Numbered from the stretch's first letter, positions 1 through 9,043 are shown. The stretch is 33,006 nucleotides of DNA from Candidatus Limnocylindria bacterium (GCA_039917955.1 JBDSIN010000184.1:1-33006), one strand, 5' to 3'. The notes: generated by a model not told the origin, from the letters alone. Numbers and translations are program-made.

Positions 1-36
1 AAGAACGTCTTCACCCGGATCGGTGAGCCGTCATAG
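1..36 (+). CDS. 3' end of an upstream gene (KNVFTRIGEPS*), possibly an aldehyde dehydrogenase
   Basis: Frame 1 is open to TAG at 34-36. KNVF resembles aldehyde dehydrogenase C-termini, but only 11 codons are visible. Confidence 0.25.
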   Translation, partial: KNVFTRIGEPS

Positions 37-53
37 GACCGATAGACACGGGC

Positions 54-461
54 GTGCGGCCGGCCCTGCTGACGCGCGCCGAGTTCTTCGCCAGCGACCT
101 CGACCGGACGATCGAGTTCTACGCTCGGCTGGGCTTCACCCAGGTGCGCCGCTGGGAAGGGTGGGCGCTGATCGATCGCGGTGGGTCTCGCCTCGGGCTG
201 CAGCACGACGCCTATGCACGTGATCACGAGCACTACTTCACGCCGCACCTCGACCGCTTCCCGCGAGGAGTCGGCGTGGAGGTCAGCATCGACGTGGCCG
301 ATGAGGACGACCTGCGGCAGCTGTACGCGACGGCCCAGGCGATGGGTTGCGCCGTGCGCGAGCTCGTGAAGCGCGGCTGGGGAGCGACCGACTTCCGGAT
401 CGCCGACCCGGACGGCTACTTCGTGCGCTTCACGACCCCGCTGGGCCTGGTGGGCGAGTAG
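54..461 (+). CDS. VOC family (glyoxalase/bleomycin resistance) protein
   Basis: 135 aa with SDLDRTIEFYARLGF and RGWGATDFRIADPDGYFVRF, typical VOC motifs. Confidence 0.85.
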   Translation: MRPALLTRAEFFASDLDRTIEFYARLGFTQVRRWEGWALIDRGGSRLGLQHDAYARDHEHYFTPHLDRFPRGVGVEVSIDVADEDDLRQLYATAQAMGCAVRELVKRGWGATDFRIADPDGYFVRFTTPLGLVGE

Positions 462-1413
462 CTGCCGGATCAGGCGCAGCCGGAGCTGGCCGGCGACCCA
501 GTTGGCTGATCACGATACCGACCGCCACGGTCGAGACCCCGGCCACCATCAGCGGCACGCTGCTCTCGGCGAACAGGATGACCGCGGCGACATACGAGAA
601 GACGACGGTGGAACTCTGGATGCTGCTGGCTATGGCGACCGTGGTGTAGCGCATCGACTGCACGATCCCCAGCAGCGCCACCGCGTTGAAGCAGCCGGCG
701 GCCAGCACGATCAGCACCTGCTCCGGGTCGGCACCGTCGATCGGGTTGCCGCCGCCACGGATGACCTGGATGAGGAGGAGCGGCACCAGTCCGCCGAGAC
801 TCGTCCCGGCGAGCGCCACGAAGGTGGTCGGCCGGGTCCGTTGCACCAGTCGTGTGAGCACGTTCGAGATGGCATAGCTGGCGCCCGCACCCAGGGCGAA
901 GGCGAGACCGGCGAGCCATCCGTCGACCGACGCACCGCGCGCCAGTCCGATGAGCGCCAGGCCGCCGACCAGGACCGTGGCGCCGGTTACCACCTGCCGC
1001 GACGGCCGCTCGCCGAGCGCTATCAGTCCCGCGACCAGGGCGGTCAGGATGATCCCCGCCTGCGCTCCCGAAGCGGTGACCCCCAGCCCTCCGCTGGCGA
1101 GTGCATTGAAGTAGAACAGGTTGCCGATCACAAAGCTGACGGTGCCGCCCACCACCAGGGCGATGGCGAACTGCCAGCCGAGGAAGCGCGTCGACCAGGG
1201 CCATACCTCGGCGCGGCGTCCAATGATCACCGCGCCCCAGGCAAGCGCGAAGACCGGCACCTGCCGCAGCATCGAGCCGAGCCACGGGTCGATCTCGACC
1301 GCGGCCGCCCGCAGCAGCAGGTTGGTGGCGGTGTACGCCAAGGCGGTGATCAGGGCCCACGTCTCGCCGCGCCCCAGCCGCCCGAACCCCCGCGTTCCCT
1401 GGTGATCGGTCAC
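430..1413 (-). CDS. DMT/EamA family transporter
   Basis: 327 aa, about 10 hydrophobic helices in two repeats (LGERP and LFAES repeat ends). GTG start with GGAGG at 1418-1422. Confidence 0.85.
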   Translation of the reverse strand: MTDHQGTRGFGRLGRGETWALITALAYTATNLLLRAAAVEIDPWLGSMLRQVPVFALAWGAVIIGRRAEVWPWSTRFLGWQFAIALVVGGTVSFVIGNLFYFNALASGGLGVTASGAQAGIILTALVAGLIALGERPSRQVVTGATVLVGGLALIGLARGASVDGWLAGLAFALGAGASYAISNVLTRLVQRTRPTTFVALAGTSLGGLVPLLLIQVIRGGGNPIDGADPEQVLIVLAAGCFNAVALLGIVQSMRYTTVAIASSIQSSTVVFSYVAAVILFAESSVPLMVAGVSTVAVGIVISQLGRRPAPAAPDPAATRPPGPAGS

Positions 1414-1430
1414 GAAGCCTCCGTATCAAT

Positions 1431-1463
1431 CCGATGGCCCGGGCATTGCGCCCGGGCCATCGG
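1431..1463 (-). terminator. 14-bp GC stem-loop between IID and DMT (terminator-like or RNA-stabilising)
   Basis: CCGATGGCCCGGGC (1431-1444) pairs perfectly with GCCCGGGCCATCGG (1450-1463), 5-nt loop. No strong U tract. Confidence 0.5.
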
Positions 1464-1487
1464 TGCGGTGAACGCTGGCAAACCGAC

Positions 1488-2393
1488 TCAGGCGGCCGGC
1501 GGTGCGGGCACGCAGTAGTCGGGCTGGAAGAACGGGTTGAGGATCGACGGGCAGGCCTGGTCACCCCAGAAGGGGAAGGCCCCGACCATCGCCACCACCA
1601 CGTAGATGAGCAGCAGCCAGATCGGTGAGACCCGCTTGCGGGCGATCAGCCACCACGTCAGCAGGGTGAAGAGCAGGGGAAGCAGGCCCGGCAGGATGCT
1701 GCCGAGCAGCTTATACAGCTCGAACTTGGAGTCATCGATGGTGAGCTGCAGGGTCACGTAGAGGTGGACGAACTGGGCGGTCAACGCACCCAGCACCACG
1801 TTGCCGAGGACCCCTGCGCCGAGCACCACTCGGTCGAGCAGTCCGGAGCGGAGCAGTCCGGTCACGCCCTCGCGGCCGCGATCGTAGCCCTGCATCCAGA
1901 AGAAGTAGGCCAGGGTCAGCATGATCCCCACTTCGAGCACGAAGTAGAGGGGCGCCCCGAGCCAGTTACCGGCAGCGGCGAGGCTGATGCCCACCGACAG
2001 CAGGATCGGGGTGATAGTTCCCTGGCTGATCGTGTCGCCGACACCGGCGAGCGGACCCATCAGGCCGGTCTTCACACCGTTGATGGCGTCGTCGTCGATA
2101 TCGGCACCGTTCGCCCGCTGCTCCTCCATGGCGATCACTGCGCCGTGGATGACGCCGCCGATGTTCGGCTCGGTGTTGAAGAAGACCAGGTGCCGCTTGA
2201 GCGCCGCCTTGATCTCCTCGGGGGTGTGGTAGAGCTTTCGGATGATCGGCGTCATGGAGTGCGCAAAGGCCGTCCCTTGAAGCCGCTCATAGTTGTAGTT
2301 GGCGTGGCTGAAGAATGTCCACAGCCAGAACGCGCGCTGGACGTCAGACCGCTCCAGCCTGATCTCGGGCTTTCCCATCATTTCGGGGCCCAT
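1488..2393 (-). CDS. PTS mannose/fructose/sorbose family IID component
   Basis: NYNYERLQG, RHLVFFNTEP, GAVIAMEE and KTGLMGPLAGVGDT are EIID signature motifs. Confidence 0.95.
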   Translation of the reverse strand: MGPEMMGKPEIRLERSDVQRAFWLWTFFSHANYNYERLQGTAFAHSMTPIIRKLYHTPEEIKAALKRHLVFFNTEPNIGGVIHGAVIAMEEQRANGADIDDDAINGVKTGLMGPLAGVGDTISQGTITPILLSVGISLAAAGNWLGAPLYFVLEVGIMLTLAYFFWMQGYDRGREGVTGLLRSGLLDRVVLGAGVLGNVVLGALTAQFVHLYVTLQLTIDDSKFELYKLLGSILPGLLPLLFTLLTWWLIARKRVSPIWLLLIYVVVAMVGAFPFWGDQACPSILNPFFQPDYCVPAPPAA

Positions 2394-2394
2394 C

Positions 2395-3288
2395 TCAGGC
2401 CTCCTTCTTCAGCATCGACGGCCCCACGAACGAGACGTGGAGGAACGCCAGTGCGGCGCCGATGATGCCGACGGCCACGATATTCAGGCCTCCGGCAGCG
2501 GCCACCGACAGGATGTAGCCGATGAAGAAGTAGGGGACCACCGCGCCACGGAAGATGAACCTCATGTTCATCGCGAGACCGATGGCCGGAAGCATGCCGC
2601 CGGCGATCTCGAGTCCCTTGAGGAACCACGGCAGGCTGCCCTGTAGCCAGGTGATCGCGTCAGCCACCACCGGCGCGCCCGCGTAGACCGCGATCGTCGC
2701 CGGGAAGAAGCTGATGATGAAGAGGAAGATCTGCGGTGGTAGCCAGTTCATCCTGGCCACGCCACTGATGTCTCCCTCCTCGGCTCGCGCATCGGCCCAG
2801 TGAGCGAAGACCGCATCCACGCTCATCCGGGTGAAGAAGATGAAGGTGCCGAGCAGGCCAACCGCCACGCCCAGCGTGATCGCCGAGCCCGAGTCGAGCC
2901 CGCCGCCCATCGCCAGCGCGGTGCCGACCCAGCCGGCGACCGATGGATCGGCCGGAATCGAGCCGCCGGCCGAGATGAAGCCCAGGTACAGGATGTTGAT
3001 GGCGGCACCGATCTTGGCGCCCTCAACCGGGTCGCCCATGATCACGCCGACCAGGAAGCCGGCGACGAGTGGCCGGTACAGGCCGAAGAACCCACCGTTG
3101 CCGGCGAGCCATGGGCTGTTGGACAGGTAGTACCCGAGACCGATCAGGATCGCCTGGACGAGGCTGACCCCGGTGTCGTCGCCGTTGGCGCCAAAGACTG
3201 GGCTGGCGAGTACCAGCGTGCCGAAGAGGGCAACGCTGATGGCAGCCGCAATCCCGGTCGGGCGCCGCGAGCCGTTCACGCGTTCCAT
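2395..3288 (-). CDS. PTS mannose/fructose/sorbose family IIC component, with N-terminal extension
   Basis: RPLVAGFLVGVIMGD, LGFISAGGSIPAD and GGMLPAIGLAM motifs. ATG at 3288 follows GAGGTG; the ORF-track GTG at 3297 lies inside that SD. Confidence 0.93.
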   Translation of the reverse strand: MERVNGSRRPTGIAAAISVALFGTLVLASPVFGANGDDTGVSLVQAILIGLGYYLSNSPWLAGNGGFFGLYRPLVAGFLVGVIMGDPVEGAKIGAAINILYLGFISAGGSIPADPSVAGWVGTALAMGGGLDSGSAITLGVAVGLLGTFIFFTRMSVDAVFAHWADARAEEGDISGVARMNWLPPQIFLFIISFFPATIAVYAGAPVVADAITWLQGSLPWFLKGLEIAGGMLPAIGLAMNMRFIFRGAVVPYFFIGYILSVAAAGGLNIVAVGIIGAALAFLHVSFVGPSMLKKEA

Positions 3289-3326
3289 GACGCGCACCTC
3301 GCAATCACTTCCACTGAACCCTCCGG

Positions 3327-3803
3327 TTACTTGTCGACCGATGCGAACATGGTGGGGCGGTCGTTCTCCACGATGCGGAGCTCGACCGTGGTCCCCATCC
3401 TCTCGAGTTGGCGCATCGCCTCCAACTCATCGGGCGAGGCCGAGATGTTCCGGTAGAGGGGCTTGCGGCCCGGGCCAGCCCCGAGTCCGCCGACGTTCAG
3501 CACGGGAAACTCGATGCCTGCCTCGCGCAGGCGCAGCGCGGTGACTGGCGACCTGAGGATGACGAAGGCCGGATCCGGGTGTGCAGCGACCTGCCGCACT
3601 CGATCCGTTCCGCTCGCCAGGTCGTGGATCTCGACCGGGACCCCGCTCGGGGCCGTCAGCTCGATCACCTCGCGCAGGAAGTCGTCCTTGGCGGTGACGT
3701 CGTCGACGATGACGATCCGCTTGGCTCCCAGCGCTTTCAGCCAGATGGCGACAACCTGCCCATGAATGAGCCGATCGTCGACGCGCACGAGTCGAAGTCC
3801 CAA
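3327..3803 (-). CDS. PTS mannose/sorbose family IIB component
   Basis: RVDDRLIHGQV phospho-His motif and LNVGG. TTG start with GGAGG SD. Confidence 0.95.
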   Translation of the reverse strand: MGLRLVRVDDRLIHGQVVAIWLKALGAKRIVIVDDVTAKDDFLREVIELTAPSGVPVEIHDLASGTDRVRQVAAHPDPAFVILRSPVTALRLREAGIEFPVLNVGGLGAGPGRKPLYRNISASPDELEAMRQLERMGTTVELRIVENDRPTMFASVDK

Positions 3804-3917
3804 TCCAACCTCCCTCTCCGTGTTGCCAGCCGGCCGGGTCGTAACTCCTTTCAGTGCCCGGCGTTGTCCAAGAGCACTGGGGTCGATGTAGGGGTCATCT
3901 GTTCATTGTCTCGGTCG

Positions 3918-4316
3918 TCATGCGCGTGACGCCATCCGGGCCGCGATGTCCACGATCGACTCGCGCGCCGCCGCAACCAGCCTCTCGACCAGGGCGTCAC
4001 CAAGCGGCTCATCAGCGGTCAGCGCCTCGATTACCACGCCGAGGTTCGCCCCGGAGATGCAGCGCACCGGCTGCGAGCGCGTCGCGGCGATCGCCACGTT
4101 CTGGGGGGTGCCGCCGAACAGGTCGGTCAGGATCAGGGTCGGGCGCCCCGGCGCAACCGTGGCGAGCAGCCGCTCTCGGTACGTCTCGGGTGAATCGGCC
4201 GGATCGAGCCCGACCGCGGTGGCGTGCTCGACGGGCCCCGTGATCATGGCGGCTGCCTCCAGCAGGGCGGTCCCCAGACCGCCGTGCGAAGCGACCACCA
4301 CGTCGAATTGCCTCAC
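3918..4316 (-). CDS. PTS mannose/fructose family IIA component
   Basis: VVASHG (phospho-His), LTDLFGGTPQN and ISGANL motifs. Confidence 0.93.
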   Translation of the reverse strand: MRQFDVVVASHGGLGTALLEAAAMITGPVEHATAVGLDPADSPETYRERLLATVAPGRPTLILTDLFGGTPQNVAIAATRSQPVRCISGANLGVVIEALTADEPLGDALVERLVAAARESIVDIAARMASRA

Positions 4317-4361
4317 CGCAACCCCTTCCGTCCCGCCGTCAGATTCGTCACAATGGGAGCA

Positions 4362-4428
4362 TGCAAAAAATTGCGTACCAGTTTTGCAGGATCTCCCTTG
4401 TATACTCCCGCGACTCGCTGAGTGTCAA
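4362..4428. promoter_or_regulatory. Divergent PTS control region with candidate operator
   Basis: AT-rich island. Inverted repeat TGCAAAA (4362-4368)-N13-TTTTGCA (4382-4388). TATACT at 4401-4406 (+) and TTGACA at 4428-4423 (-). Confidence 0.55.
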
Positions 4429-4464
4429 GGATAGGAGCCCTTCCGTGCAGGTCCGCTCGACGCG

Positions 4465-5472
4465 ATGACAGCGGCGCCGCGCTCCACACCGGCGACCTCG
4501 GGCGACGAGCAGATGATGCGCCTCGTGGCCGAGCTGTACTACATCCGTGACCAGAGCCAGTCTTCCATTGCGGACCTGACCGGCTACAGCATCTCCAAGG
4601 TCTCCCGATTGCTTGCGCAGGCGCGCGAGGTCGGGATCGTGCGGATCAACGTGCAGGCGGCGCCCGAGCAGTTGTCGGGTCTCGCCGCGCGACTCGCCGC
4701 CGGCCTGGGAGTGGACGACGCACACGTCACCCCGGGGCGAAGCGACGCCCCGTCTGTCGCCTCTCGCCTCTGTGCGGTGGCGGCCGCCCCGTGGGTGGCG
4801 GGGACGATTCCCGATGCCGGTGTGTTGGGGATCGCCGGCGGCTTCACCGTCTCGGCGCTGGTCGACGCATTCCCGCCCGCGCAGCGGGGGCATCTGACCG
4901 TCGTCCCGCTGGTCGGTGGGTTCGACCCGGGAGCGCCGCACCTGGACATCAACGAAGTGACCCGTCGCGCCGCTGAGCGGCTGGGCGCACGCCACCTGGT
5001 GCTGCATGCGCCTGCCCGGGTTGACTCCCCCGCGGTGCGCGATGCGCTCCTGCGCGAGAGCAGCATCGTGGCCACCACCGAATACTGGTCCCGCCTCTCG
5101 TTGGCGATCATCGGCATCTCCGGGGGCCCGCTTGCGAACCCGGGCTACTGGACGGTGATGGATCGCCTCACCACCGAGGAGCGCAGTCGCCTGGTGGACC
5201 ACCGCGTCGTTGGCGACATCGTCGGTCACCTGTTCACCGAGGACGGGGCCGTGGTCGAGGATCCGTCGACCGATCAGACGATCGCGGCGCCGGTCGACAT
5301 GCTGCATCGCGCCGCGAGAGTGATTGCGGTCGCCGCCGGTCCGCACAAGGTGGCGGGGATCATCGGCGCCAGCCGCACCGGCCTACTGGACTCACTCGTG
5401 ACCGATGAGCCGACGGCGCTGGCCATTCTCGAGCGCCTCGAGGCCGACCCGCGTCGGTCGATGGGATCCTGA
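4465..5472 (+). CDS. SorC/DeoR(Bacillus)/LsrR family sugar-binding transcriptional regulator
   Basis: N-terminal HTH (VAELYYIRDQSQSSIADLTGYSISKVSRLLAQARE..IVRI) plus sugar-binding domain (VPLVGG, VGDI, AAGPHK, LVTDE). Confidence 0.92.
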   Translation: MTAAPRSTPATSGDEQMMRLVAELYYIRDQSQSSIADLTGYSISKVSRLLAQAREVGIVRINVQAAPEQLSGLAARLAAGLGVDDAHVTPGRSDAPSVASRLCAVAAAPWVAGTIPDAGVLGIAGGFTVSALVDAFPPAQRGHLTVVPLVGGFDPGAPHLDINEVTRRAAERLGARHLVLHAPARVDSPAVRDALLRESSIVATTEYWSRLSLAIIGISGGPLANPGYWTVMDRLTTEERSRLVDHRVVGDIVGHLFTEDGAVVEDPSTDQTIAAPVDMLHRAARVIAVAAGPHKVAGIIGASRTGLLDSLVTDEPTALAILERLEADPRRSMGS

Positions 5473-5482
5473 GGACAACCCG

Positions 5483-5782
5483 ATGCCCGAGGCGACCATC
5501 ATTGTCCTCAACCGATCGGGCCTGCACGCCCGACCGGCGGCCAGCTTCGTGCGGGCCGCAGCCGGCTTCGGCGCCGATGTCCGGCTCTGCAACCTCACGC
5601 GCGACCCCGGCCGGACGGCATCGGCCAAGAGCATGCTGGCGGTCCTGGGGCTCGGTGTCGGCCACGGCGACGAGATTCGTCTCGAGGCGACCGGCGCGGA
5701 CGCGGACGAGGCGATCGATACCCTGCTGGCTCTCGTCGCCGGGGGACTCGGTGAGGGGACGGCCGAAGTGATAGGCGAGTGA
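5483..5782 (+). CDS. ptsH: Phosphocarrier protein HPr
   Basis: GLHARPA (His15) and AKSMLAVL (Ser46 region). ATG at 5483 follows GAGGA. Confidence 0.95.
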   Translation: MPEATIIVLNRSGLHARPAASFVRAAAGFGADVRLCNLTRDPGRTASAKSMLAVLGLGVGHGDEIRLEATGADADEAIDTLLALVAGGLGEGTAEVIGE

Positions 5783-7449
5783 GAACGCTGCGCGGGGTCG
5801 CGGCCGCCCCGGGAATGGCCTCGGCACCGCCGGCGTTGCTGGAGCCGGCATCCGGCAGCGGGGCCCCGCTCCTCAGGTTGGATGCCGCGGTCGAGGAGTC
5901 CTGCCGGCAGCTCGATCTCCTCGCGGCCCGCCTGCGCGATCGGGGGTTGCCCGACGAGTCGGAGATCCTGGAGGCGCAGGCGCTGATGGCCGCCGACCCA
6001 GAACTGCTCGAGGCTGCGGGCCGACGGATCGCGGCGGGGATGGCCGCCGATGACGCGATTCTCGCCGCCGGCGAGGAAGCCGCAGCGGTGCTCGAGGAGT
6101 TGTCGGACGAGCTGCTCGCGGCGCGCGCCGCGGACGTGCGCGACGTCGCGGCTCGCATCGCCCGCGCGGTGCGCGGCGAGGCACCGCCCCAGCTGAGCCG
6201 GCGCTCAATTCTGGTGGCGCGGGATCTGACGCCCTCGACGACCGCAGAGCTGGATCAGTCCCTGCTCGCCGGACTCGCGCTCGAGGGTGGGTCCCCGACG
6301 GCCCACGCGGCGATCCTGGCGCGCGCATTGGGAATTCCCGCGGTCGTCGGGGTCGCCGGCCTGCTCGCCGCCGCAAGCGGCGCAGCCGAGTTGATGGTGG
6401 ACGGCAACGCCGGCCTGGTGATGCTCGAACCGGGGGCCGAGGACCGCCAGCGCCTCGCGCACTGGGAGACCGAGCATGAGGCCCGGTTGGATGCCGAACG
6501 GGCACTCCACCACCGACTGCTGGCCACCGCTGACGGCCACCGCGTGATGCTGGGCGCCAACATCGGCAGCCCGCACGACGCGTCGGTCGCCCTGCGAGCC
6601 GGGGCGGAGGGGGTGGGCCTGTTCCGCACCGAGTTCGTATTCATGGGACGCCGGCGGGCACCCGACGAGCAGACCCAGGCGGCGGCCTACGCGCAGGTCC
6701 TGCGCGACTTCGGCGAGCGCCCGGTGGTGATTCGCCTGATGGACATCGGGGGCGACAAGCCGCTCCCCTTCGTTGTCCTCGAGCCGGAGCCGAACCCGTT
6801 TTTGGGGGTGCGCGCCATCCGCCTGGCGGAACGCGAGCCGGAGCTGCTCTCCACCCAGTTGCGGGCCATCGTGCGCGCTGCGGCGGAGGCTGGCGTACCG
6901 CGCCCGCTGATCATGGCGCCGATGGTCGCCGACCTCGCGGATGTGCGTCGCGTGCGAGCGCTGCTCGACGAGGCGGTCGCGGCGGTTGGTGCGGCGGTCA
7001 CGCCGCAGCTCGGAATCATGGTCGAGGTGCCATCTGCGATCGTGGTCGCCGATCAGCTCGCCGACGAGGTCGCCTTCTTCAGCGTCGGCACCAATGACCT
7101 GACGCAGTACCTGCTCGCGGCCGATCGCACCAATGCCGCCCTCGCGGAGCGCCAGGACCCGATGCATCCCGCCGTGCTGCGCAGCATTGCCAGCCTCGTC
7201 GCGGCGGCCGCGCCCCGGGGCGTCCCCGTCGCGGTCTGCGGCGAGATGGGCGGTGATCCTGTCGGTGCGGTGGTGCTCACCGGGCTCGGCGTCAGCGAGC
7301 TGTCGATGGGTCCGGCCTCCTTCGGTGCCGTCAAGCGGGCGCTCGCATCGGTCACCCTGGCCGAGGCACAGGAACTCGCGAAGCGCTGCCTCGACGCACC
7401 GGATCCCGCCACCTCGCGGGCCTGGGTCAGCGAGCGGCTGGCGGTCTGA
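5779..7449 (+). CDS. ptsI: PEP-protein phosphotransferase (PTS enzyme I)
   Basis: TAHAAILARALGIP (phospho-His), GLFRTEF, NPFLGVRAIR, FFSVGTNDLTQY and VCGEM. GTGA overlap with HPr. Confidence 0.95.
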   Translation: MRTLRGVAAAPGMASAPPALLEPASGSGAPLLRLDAAVEESCRQLDLLAARLRDRGLPDESEILEAQALMAADPELLEAAGRRIAAGMAADDAILAAGEEAAAVLEELSDELLAARAADVRDVAARIARAVRGEAPPQLSRRSILVARDLTPSTTAELDQSLLAGLALEGGSPTAHAAILARALGIPAVVGVAGLLAAASGAAELMVDGNAGLVMLEPGAEDRQRLAHWETEHEARLDAERALHHRLLATADGHRVMLGANIGSPHDASVALRAGAEGVGLFRTEFVFMGRRRAPDEQTQAAAYAQVLRDFGERPVVIRLMDIGGDKPLPFVVLEPEPNPFLGVRAIRLAEREPELLSTQLRAIVRAAAEAGVPRPLIMAPMVADLADVRRVRALLDEAVAAVGAAVTPQLGIMVEVPSAIVVADQLADEVAFFSVGTNDLTQYLLAADRTNAALAERQDPMHPAVLRSIASLVAAAAPRGVPVAVCGEMGGDPVGAVVLTGLGVSELSMGPASFGAVKRALASVTLAEAQELAKRCLDAPDPATSRAWVSERLAV

Positions 7450-8350
7450 TCGACGCTGACGGGGCGGGCAGCGCGTAGCGGTCCAGCGCGGGCTCGAACT
7501 CGGCGGCCAGGCGCTCGGCCGCTTCTACGGTCTGCTCCAACAGCATCATGGTGGTCACCGGGCCGACTCCGCCCGGGACGGGGGTGATGGCGGCCACCAC
7601 CGGGCGCACCGACCCGAAATCGACGTCGCCGACGATCCCGTCGGGCGTGGTGTTGATGCCGCAGTCGATGACCACCGCCGAGCGATTGACCATCTCGGCG
7701 CGGATCAGTCGCGGGCTTCCGGCGGCAACCACCAGGATCTCGGCGCGCCGCGCCTCGCGCGCCAGGTTGCGGGTTCGCCGATGACAGATCACCACCGTCG
7801 CGTCGGCCGCGACCAGCAGGGCGGCGACCGGCCGGCCGACCACCGCAGAGCGGCCCACCACCACCGCCCGTCGGCCGGCGATGGGGACCTCGTAGTTCCG
7901 CAGGATCGCCATCACCGCGAGGGCGGTGGCCGGCACGAAGGTGCGCTCGCCACGGGCGATGCGCCCCGCATTGAGGGGCGTCGCCCCGTCCACGTCCTTC
8001 GCCGGATCGATCAGGGCGACGACCGTCGAAGGATCGAGGTGGGCAGGTAGCGGCTGGGCGATCACGATCCCCGCCACGCTTGGGTCGCGGTTGAGGGCAC
8101 CGATCCGCCCGGCCAGGTCGGTGAGCGACACCCCGGATGGCGGAGCGACCTCGTGTGGCTCGACGCCGACGCTCCGCGCGGCCCGAGCGAGGCTCCCAGC
8201 GTAGACCGCCGATGGTCCGCGGTCGTCGAACCGCACGATCGCCAGGCGTGGGGCCGCCCCGGTACGCTCGCGCAGGTCGGCGACACGATCGGAGAGGTCG
8301 CGCCACAGGCGGGAGGCGACCGCCCGTCCGTCGAGGATTCGTGCGCTCAT
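7427..8350 (-). CDS. folD: FolD-family methylene-THF dehydrogenase, predicted cyclohydrolase-deficient
   Basis: KDVDG, VGRS..VGRP, VIDCGIN, GDVDF and TPVPGGVGP are present. YxxxK reads YAGSL and GILVQLP reads GIVIAQP. Confidence 0.9.
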   Translation of the reverse strand: MSARILDGRAVASRLWRDLSDRVADLRERTGAAPRLAIVRFDDRGPSAVYAGSLARAARSVGVEPHEVAPPSGVSLTDLAGRIGALNRDPSVAGIVIAQPLPAHLDPSTVVALIDPAKDVDGATPLNAGRIARGERTFVPATALAVMAILRNYEVPIAGRRAVVVGRSAVVGRPVAALLVAADATVVICHRRTRNLAREARRAEILVVAAGSPRLIRAEMVNRSAVVIDCGINTTPDGIVGDVDFGSVRPVVAAITPVPGGVGPVTTMMLLEQTVEAAERLAAEFEPALDRYALPAPSASIRPPAAR

Positions 8351-8997
8351 ACCAGTCCCATCCGAGCGTCGACTGCGGACAGTGTCGCCCGCTCGCTCGC
8401 CGCGGCGGACGTCTCGAGGCGGCGCATCTCGGCAATGGCAGTGAGGCGCAGCGGCTCGTCCTCGGGGAGGTACGGCAGGTTGATCCGCACGTTCAGCAGC
8501 GCCCCGCGCAAGGCGGCCGCCGCGAGCTGCGCGGCGACTCCGGCATCGCTGACCGCATTGCTGTTGCCGATCGGCGCAATGCGCTCTGCCAGCTCAAGTA
8601 CCTCGGAGGCGACGGTCGCGGTGCGCAGGGGCACCCCGGCGGCCTGCAACATGGCGTCGCGCAGCGCGGCGGAGCGCGCCTCGCGTTCTGGATCGGTCTG
8701 TTTCGGCATGCGCCGGGCGGTGACGACCGATCCGTAGGCGGCGGCATCGGCCTCGGCAAGGTCGAGCAGAACGGCCCGCCGCTCCACGGCGCCGGCCCCG
8801 ATCTCGCGGAGCGCGGCTTCGTGCTCAGCGTACTCGGGGCGCCCGACCGTCAGTTCGACGACCATCGAGACAAGCGCCGCGCCCATGGCACCGGCGATCG
8901 CCGCCGCGCTGCCGCCGCCGGGCACGGGGTCGCGGCTGGCCAGTCGGTCGGCGAGATCGCGCAGGGGAAGATCGGTGAGTCGGATTGGGTCGCCCAT
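8347..8997 (-). CDS. fchA: FTCD_C-family cyclodeaminase/methenyl-THF cyclohydrolase (FchA-like)
   Basis: LASRDPVPGGGSAAA, DAAAYG.V, VPL, GNSNAVSDAGV and NVRINL motifs, 216 aa from ATG 8997. 4-nt overlap with the folD start. Confidence 0.85.
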   Translation of the reverse strand: MGDPIRLTDLPLRDLADRLASRDPVPGGGSAAAIAGAMGAALVSMVVELTVGRPEYAEHEAALREIGAGAVERRAVLLDLAEADAAAYGSVVTARRMPKQTDPEREARSAALRDAMLQAAGVPLRTATVASEVLELAERIAPIGNSNAVSDAGVAAQLAAAALRGALLNVRINLPYLPEDEPLRLTAIAEMRRLETSAAASERATLSAVDARMGLV

Positions 8998-9043
8998 CGG
9001 CTCGGGCCTCGTGCGGTTCGCGAAGCGCCCCGCGCCGGCCCGG

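Noticed and set aside
3851-3898. 15-codon minus-strand ORF (MTPTSTPVLLDNAGH) and an 8-bp hairpin (3852-3879) between IIA and IIB
   Set aside because: No SD and no informative composition, so it cannot be distinguished from chance.
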